DNA of 64,000 nt from Chlamydiota bacterium (GTDB lineage Bacteria > Chlamydiota > Chlamydiia > Chlamydiales > SM23-39), in assembly GCA_013285585.1 (NCBI GenBank), contig JABDHH010000001.1:6400-70399 (forward strand), written 5' to 3'. Positions 44,581 through 53,821 of the stretch are shown piece after piece (position 1 is the stretch's first letter; every line of letters starts with the position of its first letter). The notes under the pieces were generated by a model, which was given only the letters and a program-made list of their open reading frames with translations, was not told the origin of the DNA and made no database searches. Made by a program: the position numbers and the translations under genes.

Positions 44581-44895
44581 TTATTTTTTCTTGCGTTTGG
44601 ATCTCGCCTTAACCCGCTTCGCTACTTGTTTCACCGTCATCTGCTTCACGATTTCAGGAGCCATCGTTTTGACGAGAGAACGAACTCGGTCGCTGATTTG
44701 GGCACCGTTATCGATCCAATACTGGAGACGGGCAAGATCGATAAAGTGGTTTTTTTCATTCGGAGCGAACGGATTGTACCATCCGAGTTTCTCGACATAT
44801 TTGCCATCTCTTGGATATTTGACGTCCGTTACGACAATCCGGAATCTCTGGCGGCTGTTGGCGCCCTGCTGTCTCATTCTAATGATCAATGCCAT
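44581..44895 (-). CDS. rpsP: 30S ribosomal protein S16
   Basis: MALIIRMRQQGANSRQRFRIVVTD...GWYNP. Confidence 0.92.
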   Translation of the reverse strand: MALIIRMRQQGANSRQRFRIVVTDVKYPRDGKYVEKLGWYNPFAPNEKNHFIDLARLQYWIDNGAQISDRVRSLVKTMAPEIVKQMTVKQVAKRVKARSKRKKK

Positions 44896-46238
44896 TTATT
44901 TTTACCCTCAAACTGTGTTTTCATTTCGTTCAGACCCTTCATTTTTCCTTTTAGGTCTGGCATATTCTTAAATAGTTGCTTAACTCTCTTAAAACCTTTC
45001 ACCAAACGGTTCACATCATCGATATCGACGCCGCTTCCCTTTGCGACACGTTTGCGCCGAGAAAATTCGAGTTCGTCTTTTTCTTGCCTTTCGCGGGGCG
45101 TCATGGAGAGGATGATGGCCTCCATTTTGCCAAATTCCTTATCGGAAAAATCGATATCCCCCAAAGCGCCAAGCCCAGGCATCATCTTCAAGATGCTTTT
45201 GAAAGACCCCATTTTCTTCACCATGCCCATCTGCTTGAGGTAATCTTCATAAGTGAAGGTCGCTTTGCGGATCTTTTTTTCGAGTTCTTCGCTCTCTTTT
45301 TCATCAATGTGTTCTTTCGCCCGCTTGACGAGGTTGATCACATCGCCCATTCCGAGAATCCGGTCTGCCATCGAACGGGGATTGAAAAGCTGTAAATCAC
45401 CGACCTTCTCTCCCACCCCTTCGAATTTCAGCGGCTTTTGCGTCACTTCCCGAATCGAGATCGCAGCTCCAGCGCGGGCGCTTCCGTCGAGCATGGTCAA
45501 AATCGTTCCGGTGATTTGCACGCGCTTATCGAATTCGGCTGCAGTCCGGACGGCGTCTTGACCAGTTGCGGCGCTTGCGACAAAAAAAACTTCCCGCGGA
45601 TCCAGCGCAGCCTTCATTCCTTCGAGTTCTTTCATGAGCTCTTCATCAAGATGAAGGCGTCCGGCCGTATCGATGATCAAAACATCGTACGCTTCCTGCT
45701 GAGCTTTCTCATACGCCCGCTTCGCGATTTCAAGAGGATTGCTTTCTCCATCTTGAAAAAAAACGGTTACGCCGATGTCAGCACCAAGCTTCTTCAACTG
45801 CTCAATCGCCGCAGGGCGCTGCAGATCGCAGGCAGCGAGCAAAATCTTCTTGTGCTTTTCAGTCTTTCCAATGTATGCGGCCAACTTGGCGCATGAGGTT
45901 GTTTTCCCCGAACCTTGCAGTCCGCAGACCATGAGCACCGAGATTTTTCCTTTCAAATCGAGAGGAGTCTCGTCGCTTCCCATCAGAGCGACCAATTCGT
46001 CATGGACCAATTTGATGAACTGCTGGCCCGGCGTCACAGACTTCAAGACGGCATCGCCAACGGCTTTTTCCTTGACCCGACTTATGAATTGGCTGACAAC
46101 ATGATAATTTACATCGGCATCGAGCAAGGCAAGGCGAACTTGACGGACGGCATCTCCGATATTTTCTTCGGACAGGGTCCTTTTCCCGGATAGACCAGAG
46201 AAGAGATTTTGAAATTTTTCAGTAAGAATGCCGAACAT
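44886..46238 (-). CDS. ffh: signal recognition particle protein Ffh
   Basis: N domain, G domain GLQGSGKTTSCAKLA, DTAGR, Met-rich M domain (MGMVKKMGSFKSILKMMPG). Confidence 0.95.
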   Translation of the reverse strand: MFGILTEKFQNLFSGLSGKRTLSEENIGDAVRQVRLALLDADVNYHVVSQFISRVKEKAVGDAVLKSVTPGQQFIKLVHDELVALMGSDETPLDLKGKISVLMVCGLQGSGKTTSCAKLAAYIGKTEKHKKILLAACDLQRPAAIEQLKKLGADIGVTVFFQDGESNPLEIAKRAYEKAQQEAYDVLIIDTAGRLHLDEELMKELEGMKAALDPREVFFVASAATGQDAVRTAAEFDKRVQITGTILTMLDGSARAGAAISIREVTQKPLKFEGVGEKVGDLQLFNPRSMADRILGMGDVINLVKRAKEHIDEKESEELEKKIRKATFTYEDYLKQMGMVKKMGSFKSILKMMPGLGALGDIDFSDKEFGKMEAIILSMTPRERQEKDELEFSRRKRVAKGSGVDIDDVNRLVKGFKRVKQLFKNMPDLKGKMKGLNEMKTQFEGKNKWH

Positions 46239-46277
46239 ACAAAAAGTCTTTAAAGGACATTACTATACTCGAGAAAG

Positions 46278-47114
46278 TTATTGCATTTCAAGGAAAAAGA
46301 AGCGGTCTTTTCCGGACCAATCGGCAAGCTTCTCCCTTTTGGTCCAAATAGACGAAGAAAAAATTCTTTGCACTGCATCCCCTTGTGTAGATCCAATTTC
46401 CAAAAATACCCGAGCTCCGGTATTGAGGCATGGGGGCAGCGTTTTCTCTAGCCTTTCAAAAAATTCGGTACCCCGCTCGCCTCCTACAAGGGCTATTTTG
46501 GGTTCAAACATGCGAACCGACGGGTCTAAAGAAAAATATTCATTTACCGAGATATAAGGAGGATTGACCACGACCATGTCCGATTTCCTGCCTTTGAACG
46601 GTTCAAGAAGGTCTCCTTGCAAAAACTCGACCTGCACCGCATTCGATGCGGCGTTTGCTTTTGCAACAGCTAAAGCGTCGGGTGATTGATCGGAAAGAGA
46701 GACGGCAATGCCGGGAAATTTCTTTTTGAGCGCGATCCCGATGCACCCGGATCCGGTACAGACATCCCAAACCGACGCGGGACTCCCGAACCGCTTTGCG
46801 ATATGGTCGACCAGAATTTCAGTTTCAGGACGGGGAATGAGCACCCTTTGATCGACTTTCATGTTGCATCCGTAAAACTCAACCTCGCCAATGATATATT
46901 CGAGAGGCTCCCCCTCAGAAAGCCTTTTGATCCAAAGCCTCATCTTTTCCAACTCATTCTCGACGACTGGACGGTCGAATTGCAGATAGAGATCGATCCG
47001 CTTAAGTCCCAGCGCATGGGCAATGAGCTCTTCGGCAAGGCGCTTGGGTCGGTCTATCTTCTTGCTCTCAAGAAAAGCCGACGACGCTCTTATGATTTCC
47101 CCTATCGTTTTCAT
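46278..47114 (-). CDS. prmC: release factor glutamine N5-methyltransferase
   Basis: SAM motif [10 protein letters not shown] and VVNPPYI (NPPY). Overlaps prfA by 4 nt. Confidence 0.9.
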   Translation of the reverse strand: MKTIGEIIRASSAFLESKKIDRPKRLAEELIAHALGLKRIDLYLQFDRPVVENELEKMRLWIKRLSEGEPLEYIIGEVEFYGCNMKVDQRVLIPRPETEILVDHIAKRFGSPASVWDVCTGSGCIGIALKKKFPGIAVSLSDQSPDALAVAKANAASNAVQVEFLQGDLLEPFKGRKSDMVVVNPPYISVNEYFSLDPSVRMFEPKIALVGGERGTEFFERLEKTLPPCLNTGARVFLEIGSTQGDAVQRIFSSSIWTKREKLADWSGKDRFFFLEMQ

Positions 47115-48175
47115 GATTTGAGTTTTTCTTGATAGAAGTAGTTGACTAACGGAATCGTCAGATCGTCGAGATCTCCTTCCATGACCCGGTCGAGTTTGTA
47201 GAGTGTCAGGTCGATCCGATGGTCCGTCACCCGGTTTTGGGGAAAATTGTAGGTTCGGATTCGCTCAGAACGGTCCCCGCTGCCGACCTGGCTGGAACGG
47301 GAGGCCGACATTTCGGCTGCGGCCTTGCGCCTTTGCTCTTCAGCAATGCGCGACGAGAGAAGGCGCATGGCTTTTTCTTTATTCTTATGCTGGCTACGTT
47401 CTTCCTGACAAGCAACGATCGTTCCCGTGGGAATGTGAGTGATCCGAACAGCGGAATCGGTTCTGTTGACATGTTGGCCGCCAGCGCCGGAAGCTCGATA
47501 GGTATCGATCTGAAGATCTTTTTCGTCAATCTGGATCTTTTCGGTTTCATCGGGCTCAGGAAGGACGGCGACAGTGATCGCCGATGTGTGGACGCGCCCT
47601 TGTGTTTCGGTGTCGGGAACCCTCTGGACTCGATGCGTGCCCCCTTCATATTGCATCAAACGGAACACGTTGTGCCCCGCAAGGGACATGATGTATTCTT
47701 TGTATCCGCCTAATTCAGAAGAGGCGGTGGATAGAATTTCGCACTTCCACCCTTTTTGAGTCGCATAGTATTGATACATCCGGACGCAGTCTGCCACGAA
47801 AAGAGCGGCCTCGTCGCCGCCTGTGCCAGCTCGCAACTCTAATATGATACTGCGGCTGTCGCGGGGATCGGGAGGGACCAGCAGATTCTGAACAGTCGAT
47901 TGAGCCGCTTCGCGCTCCGCTTCCAAACGGGCGATCTCTTCGCGCAGCATCTCCTGCATTTCTGGATCGGATTCGTTCTCAAGCAGGGATTTATTTTCAG
48001 CTAACTGGTTTTCAGCCGACCGTAAAGCTTCCCAAATTTCTTGTAGCTCAGAGAGCTGGGCATGTTCTTGAGTCAACAGCCGATATTGTTTTTGATCGGA
48101 AAGCGTTTCGGGAAGGCCGAGCAGGTCTTCGACTTCTCTAAGCCGGCCCAGCAGCTTCTCTACTTTCTCGTTCAC
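47111..48175 (-). CDS. prfA: peptide chain release factor 1
   Basis: GGQ motif (SGAGGQHVN), RF1-type sequence, 354 aa. Confidence 0.95.
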   Translation of the reverse strand: MNEKVEKLLGRLREVEDLLGLPETLSDQKQYRLLTQEHAQLSELQEIWEALRSAENQLAENKSLLENESDPEMQEMLREEIARLEAEREAAQSTVQNLLVPPDPRDSRSIILELRAGTGGDEAALFVADCVRMYQYYATQKGWKCEILSTASSELGGYKEYIMSLAGHNVFRLMQYEGGTHRVQRVPDTETQGRVHTSAITVAVLPEPDETEKIQIDEKDLQIDTYRASGAGGQHVNRTDSAVRITHIPTGTIVACQEERSQHKNKEKAMRLLSSRIAEEQRRKAAAEMSASRSSQVGSGDRSERIRTYNFPQNRVTDHRIDLTLYKLDRVMEGDLDDLTIPLVNYFYQEKLKS

Positions 48176-48495
48176 TTTTTCTTCTGCTTCGTCTCTTTAG
48201 CTTTCGCTTTTTTCGCTTCTTCCTGCTTATCTTGCGCTTTTTTCGCTTCTTCGACTTTGCGCTGGTATTTCTTCGCGAATTTATCTACGCGTCCTTCAGA
48301 ATCGATGAACTGATTTGACTTCGTAAAGAAGGGGTGGGAGGAAGAAGAGATCGGAACGCGGCAAATTGGATATTCCTTGCCCTCGAATTGTTCTTTTTCT
48401 TTGGGTTGAAGGGTCGTGCCGATGATATAAGTCGATCCCGTTGATGAATCGACAAAAAGGACTTCTTGATAGGGAGGGTGGGTTTTTTTCTTCAT
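48172..48495 (-). CDS. rpmE: 50S ribosomal protein L31 (type B) with Lys/Glu-rich C-terminal tail
   Basis: [20 protein letters not shown]...HPFFT...[10 protein letters not shown]. No CxxC zinc motif, hence type B. Confidence 0.88.
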   Translation of the reverse strand: MKKKTHPPYQEVLFVDSSTGSTYIIGTTLQPKEKEQFEGKEYPICRVPISSSSHPFFTKSNQFIDSEGRVDKFAKKYQRKVEEAKKAQDKQEEAKKAKAKETKQKKK

Positions 48496-48565
48496 AACTT
48501 AACTCATTGAATAAACCCTACCGAGTATAGCGAAGGCATCGGATAAAAACAACATTTTTCATGAA

Positions 48566-49435
48566 ATGCCCGTTTGTGCTAAAAATTTTATTGTCATGAA
48601 AACGAGCTTCACCCCGTCAAGGACTCCCCTGTCCTTGAAAATCCTTCTTCTTTGGATTTTCGGCATCAGCGCTTTCTCTTACTACCTCGGCCCTTATTTA
48701 GCGCTTACCGCAGGCGGCATCCGGCACCTCTACCTGTGGCAGTTCGCTAGCTACCTATTCGTCCACCCCTTTCCGGCCGCCATCATCCACTTGGCCTTCA
48801 ACCTCTATTTGATCTGGATATTCGGCGCCAGTCTCATGGAACGACTACATCCTCGGCTCTTCTATTTCCTTTTTTTCGGATCTGGAATCACCGCCGGGCT
48901 GCTCGCTTGGTGCGCCATGATCGGCTTCCATCTCTTCTCGCCCCTAGTAGGAAGCTCTGCCCCTCTTTATGCCATTCTTACAGCTTGGGTCATCCTCAAC
49001 CCCGAAGCTCGGATGCTCCTGTTTTTCGCCGTACCGTTCAAAGCGCGCTATCTCCTGCTGGGACTCATCGGCTTCAACCTCCTTATCGATCTTTCGCGCT
49101 CCGACTGGATTTCCCTATCCGCCTACATCGGAGCTACCTTGTTCGGCTATCTTTTTACTGTCATTGCCTGCCGAACTAGCAGTCCTTTCTCCTTTCTTTC
49201 AGGCTTGGAAAACGGAATTTTACGCTCGATCGAACGGCTGACGCATGTGGGAAAAACACCGGTTCGCCACACAAAGATCTATGACTTCAAATCAGGCGAA
49301 CCTGTCTTGAACGACGATCAATTCATGGATGCGATGCTCGCGCATATCTCCCTATACGGGGAAGATTCGCTGACTCCGGAAGAAAAGAAGAGGATGCAGC
49401 GGATTTCTGAAAAAAAATCCCTAGATAAGAAGTAA
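48566..49435 (+). CDS. rhomboid-family intramembrane serine protease
   Basis: HLAFNLYLIWIFGASLME and the GxSx catalytic motif (LVGSSAPLYAIL). Multi-TM. The start may be 48596 (MKTSF). Confidence 0.8.
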   Translation: MPVCAKNFIVMKTSFTPSRTPLSLKILLLWIFGISAFSYYLGPYLALTAGGIRHLYLWQFASYLFVHPFPAAIIHLAFNLYLIWIFGASLMERLHPRLFYFLFFGSGITAGLLAWCAMIGFHLFSPLVGSSAPLYAILTAWVILNPEARMLLFFAVPFKARYLLLGLIGFNLLIDLSRSDWISLSAYIGATLFGYLFTVIACRTSSPFSFLSGLENGILRSIERLTHVGKTPVRHTKIYDFKSGEPVLNDDQFMDAMLAHISLYGEDSLTPEEKKRMQRISEKKSLDKK

Positions 49436-49441
49436 TAAAAT

Positions 49442-49669
49442 CTACTGCACGGTCATTTCAACTAAGAGCGCGGCTTTAGCAGCTTGAAAACCATGGAGCA
49501 ACCCTTCTTCATAACGGAAATTGGGATGGAGTTCCAATTCGGGAAAATCATTCGGCTGAAGCACATCATCATCCGTAACGTGAGGTATGATCTTCCGCGC
49601 CGTTTTCAGGAGATGCCGCTTCTGGTTTTCGATCAGCTCATCCAGCAGAAGAACGATCTTTTTTTTCAC
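49442..49669 (-). CDS. hypothetical small protein
   Basis: 75-aa ORF that overlaps the tadA 3' end by 32 nt. No motif recognised. Confidence 0.35.
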   Translation of the reverse strand: MKKKIVLLLDELIENQKRHLLKTARKIIPHVTDDDVLQPNDFPELELHPNFRYEEGLLHGFQAAKAALLVEMTVQ

Positions 49670-50117
49670 GATTCCTCTGTTTCTGAAAAAAACGGACCAT
49701 CAAATCGGCAGCTTCCTCTTCGAGGATCTTGCCGGTAATTTCGATCGCGTGCATAGGATGTTTGTAAGCGAAGAGATCGATCCAGCTTCCATTCGCTCCT
49801 AACCGAAGATCGGGGGCAGCCCAAACAAGCCGCTCAACCCTTGAGGAAAGGAGAGCCCCCGCGCACATGGGACACGGCTCAAGGGTACAATATAAAGTTG
49901 TATGCGCAAGGCGCCAGTTCTTAAGAACCGCGGCTCCGGCCGTAAGGCAGATCATTTCAGCGTGGGCCGTTGCATCCTGCAGAAGCTCTACTTGATTATG
50001 TCCCCGGGCAATCACCCGGTTCTCACAAACAAGGACAGCGCCTACCGGCACCTCGTTAGCCTCGAACGCTTTTTGGGCCTCCTTCAAGGCCTCTCTCATG
50101 AACACCAAATCATTCAT
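49638..50117 (-). CDS. tadA: tRNA adenosine(34) deaminase
   Basis: HAEMICL and PCPMCAGAL zinc-binding motifs, 159 aa. Confidence 0.9.
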   Translation of the reverse strand: MNDLVFMREALKEAQKAFEANEVPVGAVLVCENRVIARGHNQVELLQDATAHAEMICLTAGAAVLKNWRLAHTTLYCTLEPCPMCAGALLSSRVERLVWAAPDLRLGANGSWIDLFAYKHPMHAIEITGKILEEEAADLMVRFFQKQRNREKKDRSSAG

Positions 50118-50773
50118 TGGCTAGCGAGTTGCTTCTGGAGCGAGCGAATTTGTTTTTTCAGCGCCTCTACTTCAGTCGTATATTTTTTCAGCACTCCGGC
50201 AACTTTGTTTTCATATTTTTCATGGAGCCTTGCGACGTCTTTTGAGTAGCGGTCAGTCAGCTGCTGCAGATTCAGCCGCTCTTCCGTTTCTTTCTCTTCC
50301 CCTTTTATTTCTGCTTCTTCTTTTTCTGCTCTAGCGCGCAGACTTTCGAGGACCGATTCAGGAAATACCACGCCATTGAGCACAGAAAATAGATAAGTCT
50401 GCAATGTGCCGAATTTGCTGATCGCGCTGCGAAGGATATGTTCGCTTTGTTCTTCCGTGAGGACTTGGATCTTAGTATAGTCGTCGGCGACTAGGTTCAA
50501 CATCTCGGCAAAATGCGAATAAATATCCCCGTGCTTGAACACCCAGCGATTGACAACCCACTCTGCAAGATCTGCATCGCCAGACAACAAATTTTTTTCG
50601 TAGGCTGAAAAAATTTCTTCCATAGTCAGGCGGTTGAGAGGGCGGTTGCCGAAATGGGTTCGAACAAAGGCGGGACTTCCCGGCAAGTGGTCGGTCTTAA
50701 TATCTTTTTTGATCGCGGTAAGGACCGAAGCGATCCATGGCTTTATAGTTTCAAATTGATTTTTCATATCCAT
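50114..50773 (-). CDS. hypothetical protein with C-terminal coiled coil
   Basis: 219 aa. Overlaps tadA by 4 nt. No motif recognised. Confidence 0.5.
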   Translation of the reverse strand: MDMKNQFETIKPWIASVLTAIKKDIKTDHLPGSPAFVRTHFGNRPLNRLTMEEIFSAYEKNLLSGDADLAEWVVNRWVFKHGDIYSHFAEMLNLVADDYTKIQVLTEEQSEHILRSAISKFGTLQTYLFSVLNGVVFPESVLESLRARAEKEEAEIKGEEKETEERLNLQQLTDRYSKDVARLHEKYENKVAGVLKKYTTEVEALKKQIRSLQKQLASQ

Positions 50774-50829
50774 CTAGGAGTGATTGATCCTTTAAAGGAT
50801 AGCAGCGACCCCGCTAAAAGGCAACGGGG

Positions 50830-50858
50830 TTGAACGTTTATTCAAATTCAGGTACAAT
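50830..50858 (+). promoter_or_regulatory. sigma-70/66-type promoter candidate for rpsO
   Basis: TTGAAC-17 nt-TACAAT, ending 40 nt upstream of the rpsO ATG. Confidence 0.5.
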
Positions 50859-50898
50859 GCGTATATTGACTTAAAACTTAACTCGGAGACCCTCCTCG

Positions 50899-51168
50899 AT
50901 GTCTTTAGATAAAGGTACCAAGGAAGAAATCACAAAAAAATTTCAGTTACACGAGAAGGATACTGGTTCTGCCGATGTCCAAATCGCTATTTTGACTGAA
51001 AGAATTGCTGAATTGACAGAACACCTTAAGCTGGCTCCAAAAGATCACAGTTCAAGGCTTGCCCTCCTAAAGCTCGTTGGCCAAAGGAGAAAATTGCTCG
51101 ATTATCTCAATTCCACGGACACAAAACGGTATCAGACGTTGATCGTCCGTTTGAACCTCAGAAAATAA
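50899..51168 (+). CDS. rpsO: 30S ribosomal protein S15
   Basis: 89 aa with [45 protein letters not shown]. Confidence 0.95.
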   Translation: MSLDKGTKEEITKKFQLHEKDTGSADVQIAILTERIAELTEHLKLAPKDHSSRLALLKLVGQRRKLLDYLNSTDTKRYQTLIVRLNLRK

Positions 51169-51288
51169 TAGGGAGAGTCTCTTCTCCCTCCTTTCGCCCC
51201 CTATTTAAATCCCGGATGCGCGAAGGTTTTACAATGGGGGGCATGGGTATGTACGCGGGCAGAAGGCATTAGTCATTTAGGCTACTGA

Positions 51289-51458
51289 GGGAGTGTGCCG
51301 TAAAGATTGCTTCATCGCTTTTTTGGATTATTTTGGCCGCTTTTTGACTTCAAAATTTGGGGGCAATATCGACAAGTATATATGCCCCAAAATTTTGAAT
51401 CGAAAATCGGCTCAAAAGAACCTAAAAATCGACAGAAGAATCTTTACGGTACACTCCC
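51289..51458. mobile_element. 170-bp MITE-like element in the rpsO-pnp intergenic leader
   Basis: 20-bp inverted repeats GGGAGTGTGCCGTAAAGATT (51289-51308) and AATCTTTACGGTACACTCCC (51439-51458), with 1 mismatch. It carries the dispersed core at 51395-51438 and an inner palindrome. Confidence 0.7.
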
Positions 51459-51646
51459 TAACACACACTCCAGACGGTTTCAAGCAAATGGGATTTTATG
51501 GGGTTCTGCAGGCTCCTATCCCTCACTTCGCGCTCCTCCAATGAGCAAAGCGATTTTCGATCAGAAGGCTAGCTCTCTTTTCGCGTTTGTCTTTTAAGCT
51601 TTTTTGTTTTACTCTTATCAGTTCACACAAATGGAGAAACGCAAAA

Positions 51647-53761
51647 ATGTTGCATAGAGAAACGATCACAGTCCAAGTCGGAAAAAAAAACCTAAAATTT
51701 GAAACAGGCAAAATTGCCAGGCAGGCCAACGGTTCAGTCATGGTCCATTGCGACGAGACGGTCGTTTTCGCTTCGGCCTGCGCATCGCCTTCTGCCGGCG
51801 AAGGCATTGATTTTCTCCCTTTGAGAGTCGACTATCAAGAAAAATATTCTTCCGCAGGACGTACCGCAGGGGGGTTCATCAAACGCGAAGGCCGCCCTAC
51901 AGAGAGAGAAATCCTGGTGAGCCGCCTCATCGACCGCCCTCTCCGGCCAATGTTTGAAGAAGGATACCATAATGAAGTACAGGTCCTTTCCTACGTTTTC
52001 TCCTATGACGGGGTCAATATCCCCGACGTCTTGGCGATTTGCGCTTCGTCTGCAGCTCTCGTCATCTCGGATATTCCCCTCGTCAAACCGATCGCCGCGG
52101 TTCGAATGGGACTGGTAGACGATGAATTCGTCGTCAACCCGAATGCCGAAGAAGTGAAAAGGTCCCGGCTGGATCTCGTGCTTGCGGGAACCGAAGATGC
52201 GATCCTCATGATCGAAGGTTTTTGTGATTTCCTGACCGAAGACGAGGTGCTCAAAGCGATTGAAAAAGGACAGTCGGCGATTTCCGATATTTGCAAGCAC
52301 CTCGCTGCATGGCGCGAAAAACTAGGCAAACCGAAAAAGCTCGATACCCTCCATAAGATTCCTCATGAAGTGACTAACGCCGTCCATGCTTCCGCTGCCG
52401 CCTTGCTTGAATCAGCTCTCCGGATCGGATCGAAACAGGATCGGGAAAAAACTCTTGCTGAAATCCAATCGACCGTTATTTCAACCCTCCTTGCGGGAAA
52501 AGAAGACTCGAAGCAAGCCAAGACAGATGTTCTCCTCGCTTATAAGAACCTCCAATCTTCGCTCATGAGAAAAATGATCTTAGAAGAAGGGCGCCGGATC
52601 GATGGCCGCGGTCTGAATGAAATCCGGCCGATCGACATCGAACAATCGATTCTTCCCCGGACTCATGGAAGCTCGCTCTTCACCCGCGGTGAAACTCAGA
52701 CGCTCGCAGTCTGTACGCTCGGCGGAGAAACCTCTGCTCAGCGTTATGAAGACCTCAATGGCGAAGGCTTGGCCCGATTCTACCTCCAATACTTCTTCCC
52801 TCCTTTCTCCGTTGGAGAAGTTGGCCGCATGGGCGCTCCGGGCCGCAGAGAAATCGGCCATGGCAAGCTAGCCGAACGGGCTCTCGCCTCCATCCTTCCT
52901 AAACAGGAATCCTTTCCCTATGTCATCCGGATCGAGTCGAATATCACTGAATCGAACGGCTCTTCTTCGATGGCCTCGGTCTGCGGCGGCTGTCTAGCCA
53001 TGATGGATGCAGGGGTCCCAATCAAACGTCCCGTTTCGGGAATCGCGATGGGTCTCGTCCTGGAAGAAGGAAAACATGCGATCCTCTCCGATATCCTTGG
53101 AGCAGAAGACGCGCTGGGGGATATGGACTTCAAAATCACCGGCGACGAGCAGGGGATCAGCGCCTTCCAAATGGATATCAAGGTGGAAGGGATTACCCAC
53201 AAGATCATGCAAGATGCCCTCGCCCAAGCGAAAGAAGGCCGCACCCACATCCTCAAAAAAATGCTCGCCATCTGTCCTAAGCCGAAAGAAGAAATGTCTT
53301 CCCACGCTCCGCGCATCGAGACGATCCAGATCAAACCAAGCAAAATCGGCGTCGTCATCGGCCCCGGAGGCAAGCAGATCCGCGCGATCATCGAAGAGAC
53401 AGGCGCTCAGATCGACATCAACGACAGCGGACTGATCAGTATCGCTTCCAACAGCGCGGAAGCGATGGCCCGAGCAAAGCAGATCATCCATAATCTTACA
53501 GCCGAAGTCGAAATCGGCAAGATTTACAATGGACGGATTACATCGATCATGCCGTTCGGCTACTTCGTCGAGATTTTCGGCAAAGAAGGGCTTTGCCACA
53601 TTTCCGAAATTTCCCAGCAGCGGCTGCAGAACATTCACGATGCCCCATTCCGCGAAGGGGATCAGATCGAGGTGAAAGTACTCGACGTAAACGACCGTGG
53701 ACAGATCAAACTGAGCCATCGCGCCGTACTCGAATCCGGCCACCAACACGCCCATCGGTAA
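51647..53761 (+). CDS. pnp: polyribonucleotide nucleotidyltransferase (PNPase)
   Basis: Two RNase PH domains, KH (GPGGKQIRAIIEETG) and S1 (GRITSIMPFGYFVEI). ATG at 51647 (MLHRETITVQVG) preferred over the extended ORF start at 51587. Confidence 0.95.
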   Translation: MLHRETITVQVGKKNLKFETGKIARQANGSVMVHCDETVVFASACASPSAGEGIDFLPLRVDYQEKYSSAGRTAGGFIKREGRPTEREILVSRLIDRPLRPMFEEGYHNEVQVLSYVFSYDGVNIPDVLAICASSAALVISDIPLVKPIAAVRMGLVDDEFVVNPNAEEVKRSRLDLVLAGTEDAILMIEGFCDFLTEDEVLKAIEKGQSAISDICKHLAAWREKLGKPKKLDTLHKIPHEVTNAVHASAAALLESALRIGSKQDREKTLAEIQSTVISTLLAGKEDSKQAKTDVLLAYKNLQSSLMRKMILEEGRRIDGRGLNEIRPIDIEQSILPRTHGSSLFTRGETQTLAVCTLGGETSAQRYEDLNGEGLARFYLQYFFPPFSVGEVGRMGAPGRREIGHGKLAERALASILPKQESFPYVIRIESNITESNGSSSMASVCGGCLAMMDAGVPIKRPVSGIAMGLVLEEGKHAILSDILGAEDALGDMDFKITGDEQGISAFQMDIKVEGITHKIMQDALAQAKEGRTHILKKMLAICPKPKEEMSSHAPRIETIQIKPSKIGVVIGPGGKQIRAIIEETGAQIDINDSGLISIASNSAEAMARAKQIIHNLTAEVEIGKIYNGRITSIMPFGYFVEIFGKEGLCHISEISQQRLQNIHDAPFREGDQIEVKVLDVNDRGQIKLSHRAVLESGHQHAHR

Positions 53762-53775
53762 AACGACAACCGTAA

Positions 53776-53807
53776 AAGCGGGGGAGCTCCCCCGCTTCAT
53801 AATTTTT
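53776..53807 (+). terminator. rho-independent terminator after pnp
   Basis: Palindrome AAGCGGGGGAGCTCCCCCGCTT (53776-53797) followed by cataaTTTTT. Confidence 0.7.
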
Positions 53808-53821
53808 GTCATGGTGATTTT

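Noticed and set aside
44318-45243. 217-aa and 205-aa ORFs antisense to trmD/rpsP/ffh
   Set aside because: They overlap conserved housekeeping genes and have no motifs.
48180-48260. Short direct repeat GCTTTTTTCGCTTCTTC x2
   Set aside because: It lies inside the rpmE coding region and simply encodes the repetitive EEAKKA Lys/Glu tail. It is not an independent element.
51293-51597. 83-aa and 96-aa ORFs in the rpsO-pnp spacer
   Set aside because: They lie within the inverted-repeat element and dispersed core, and have no RBS or motif.
51587-51646. Upstream extension of pnp (ORF-track start at 51587)
   Set aside because: The extension (MSFKLFCFTLISSHKWRNAK) is not PNPase-like. The conserved N-terminus begins at MLHRETITVQVG (51647).
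52994-53812. 272-aa ORF antisense to pnp (plus several shorter ones at 51734-53391)
   Set aside because: It overlaps the strongly supported PNPase gene and has no recognisable domain. It is a shadow ORF.
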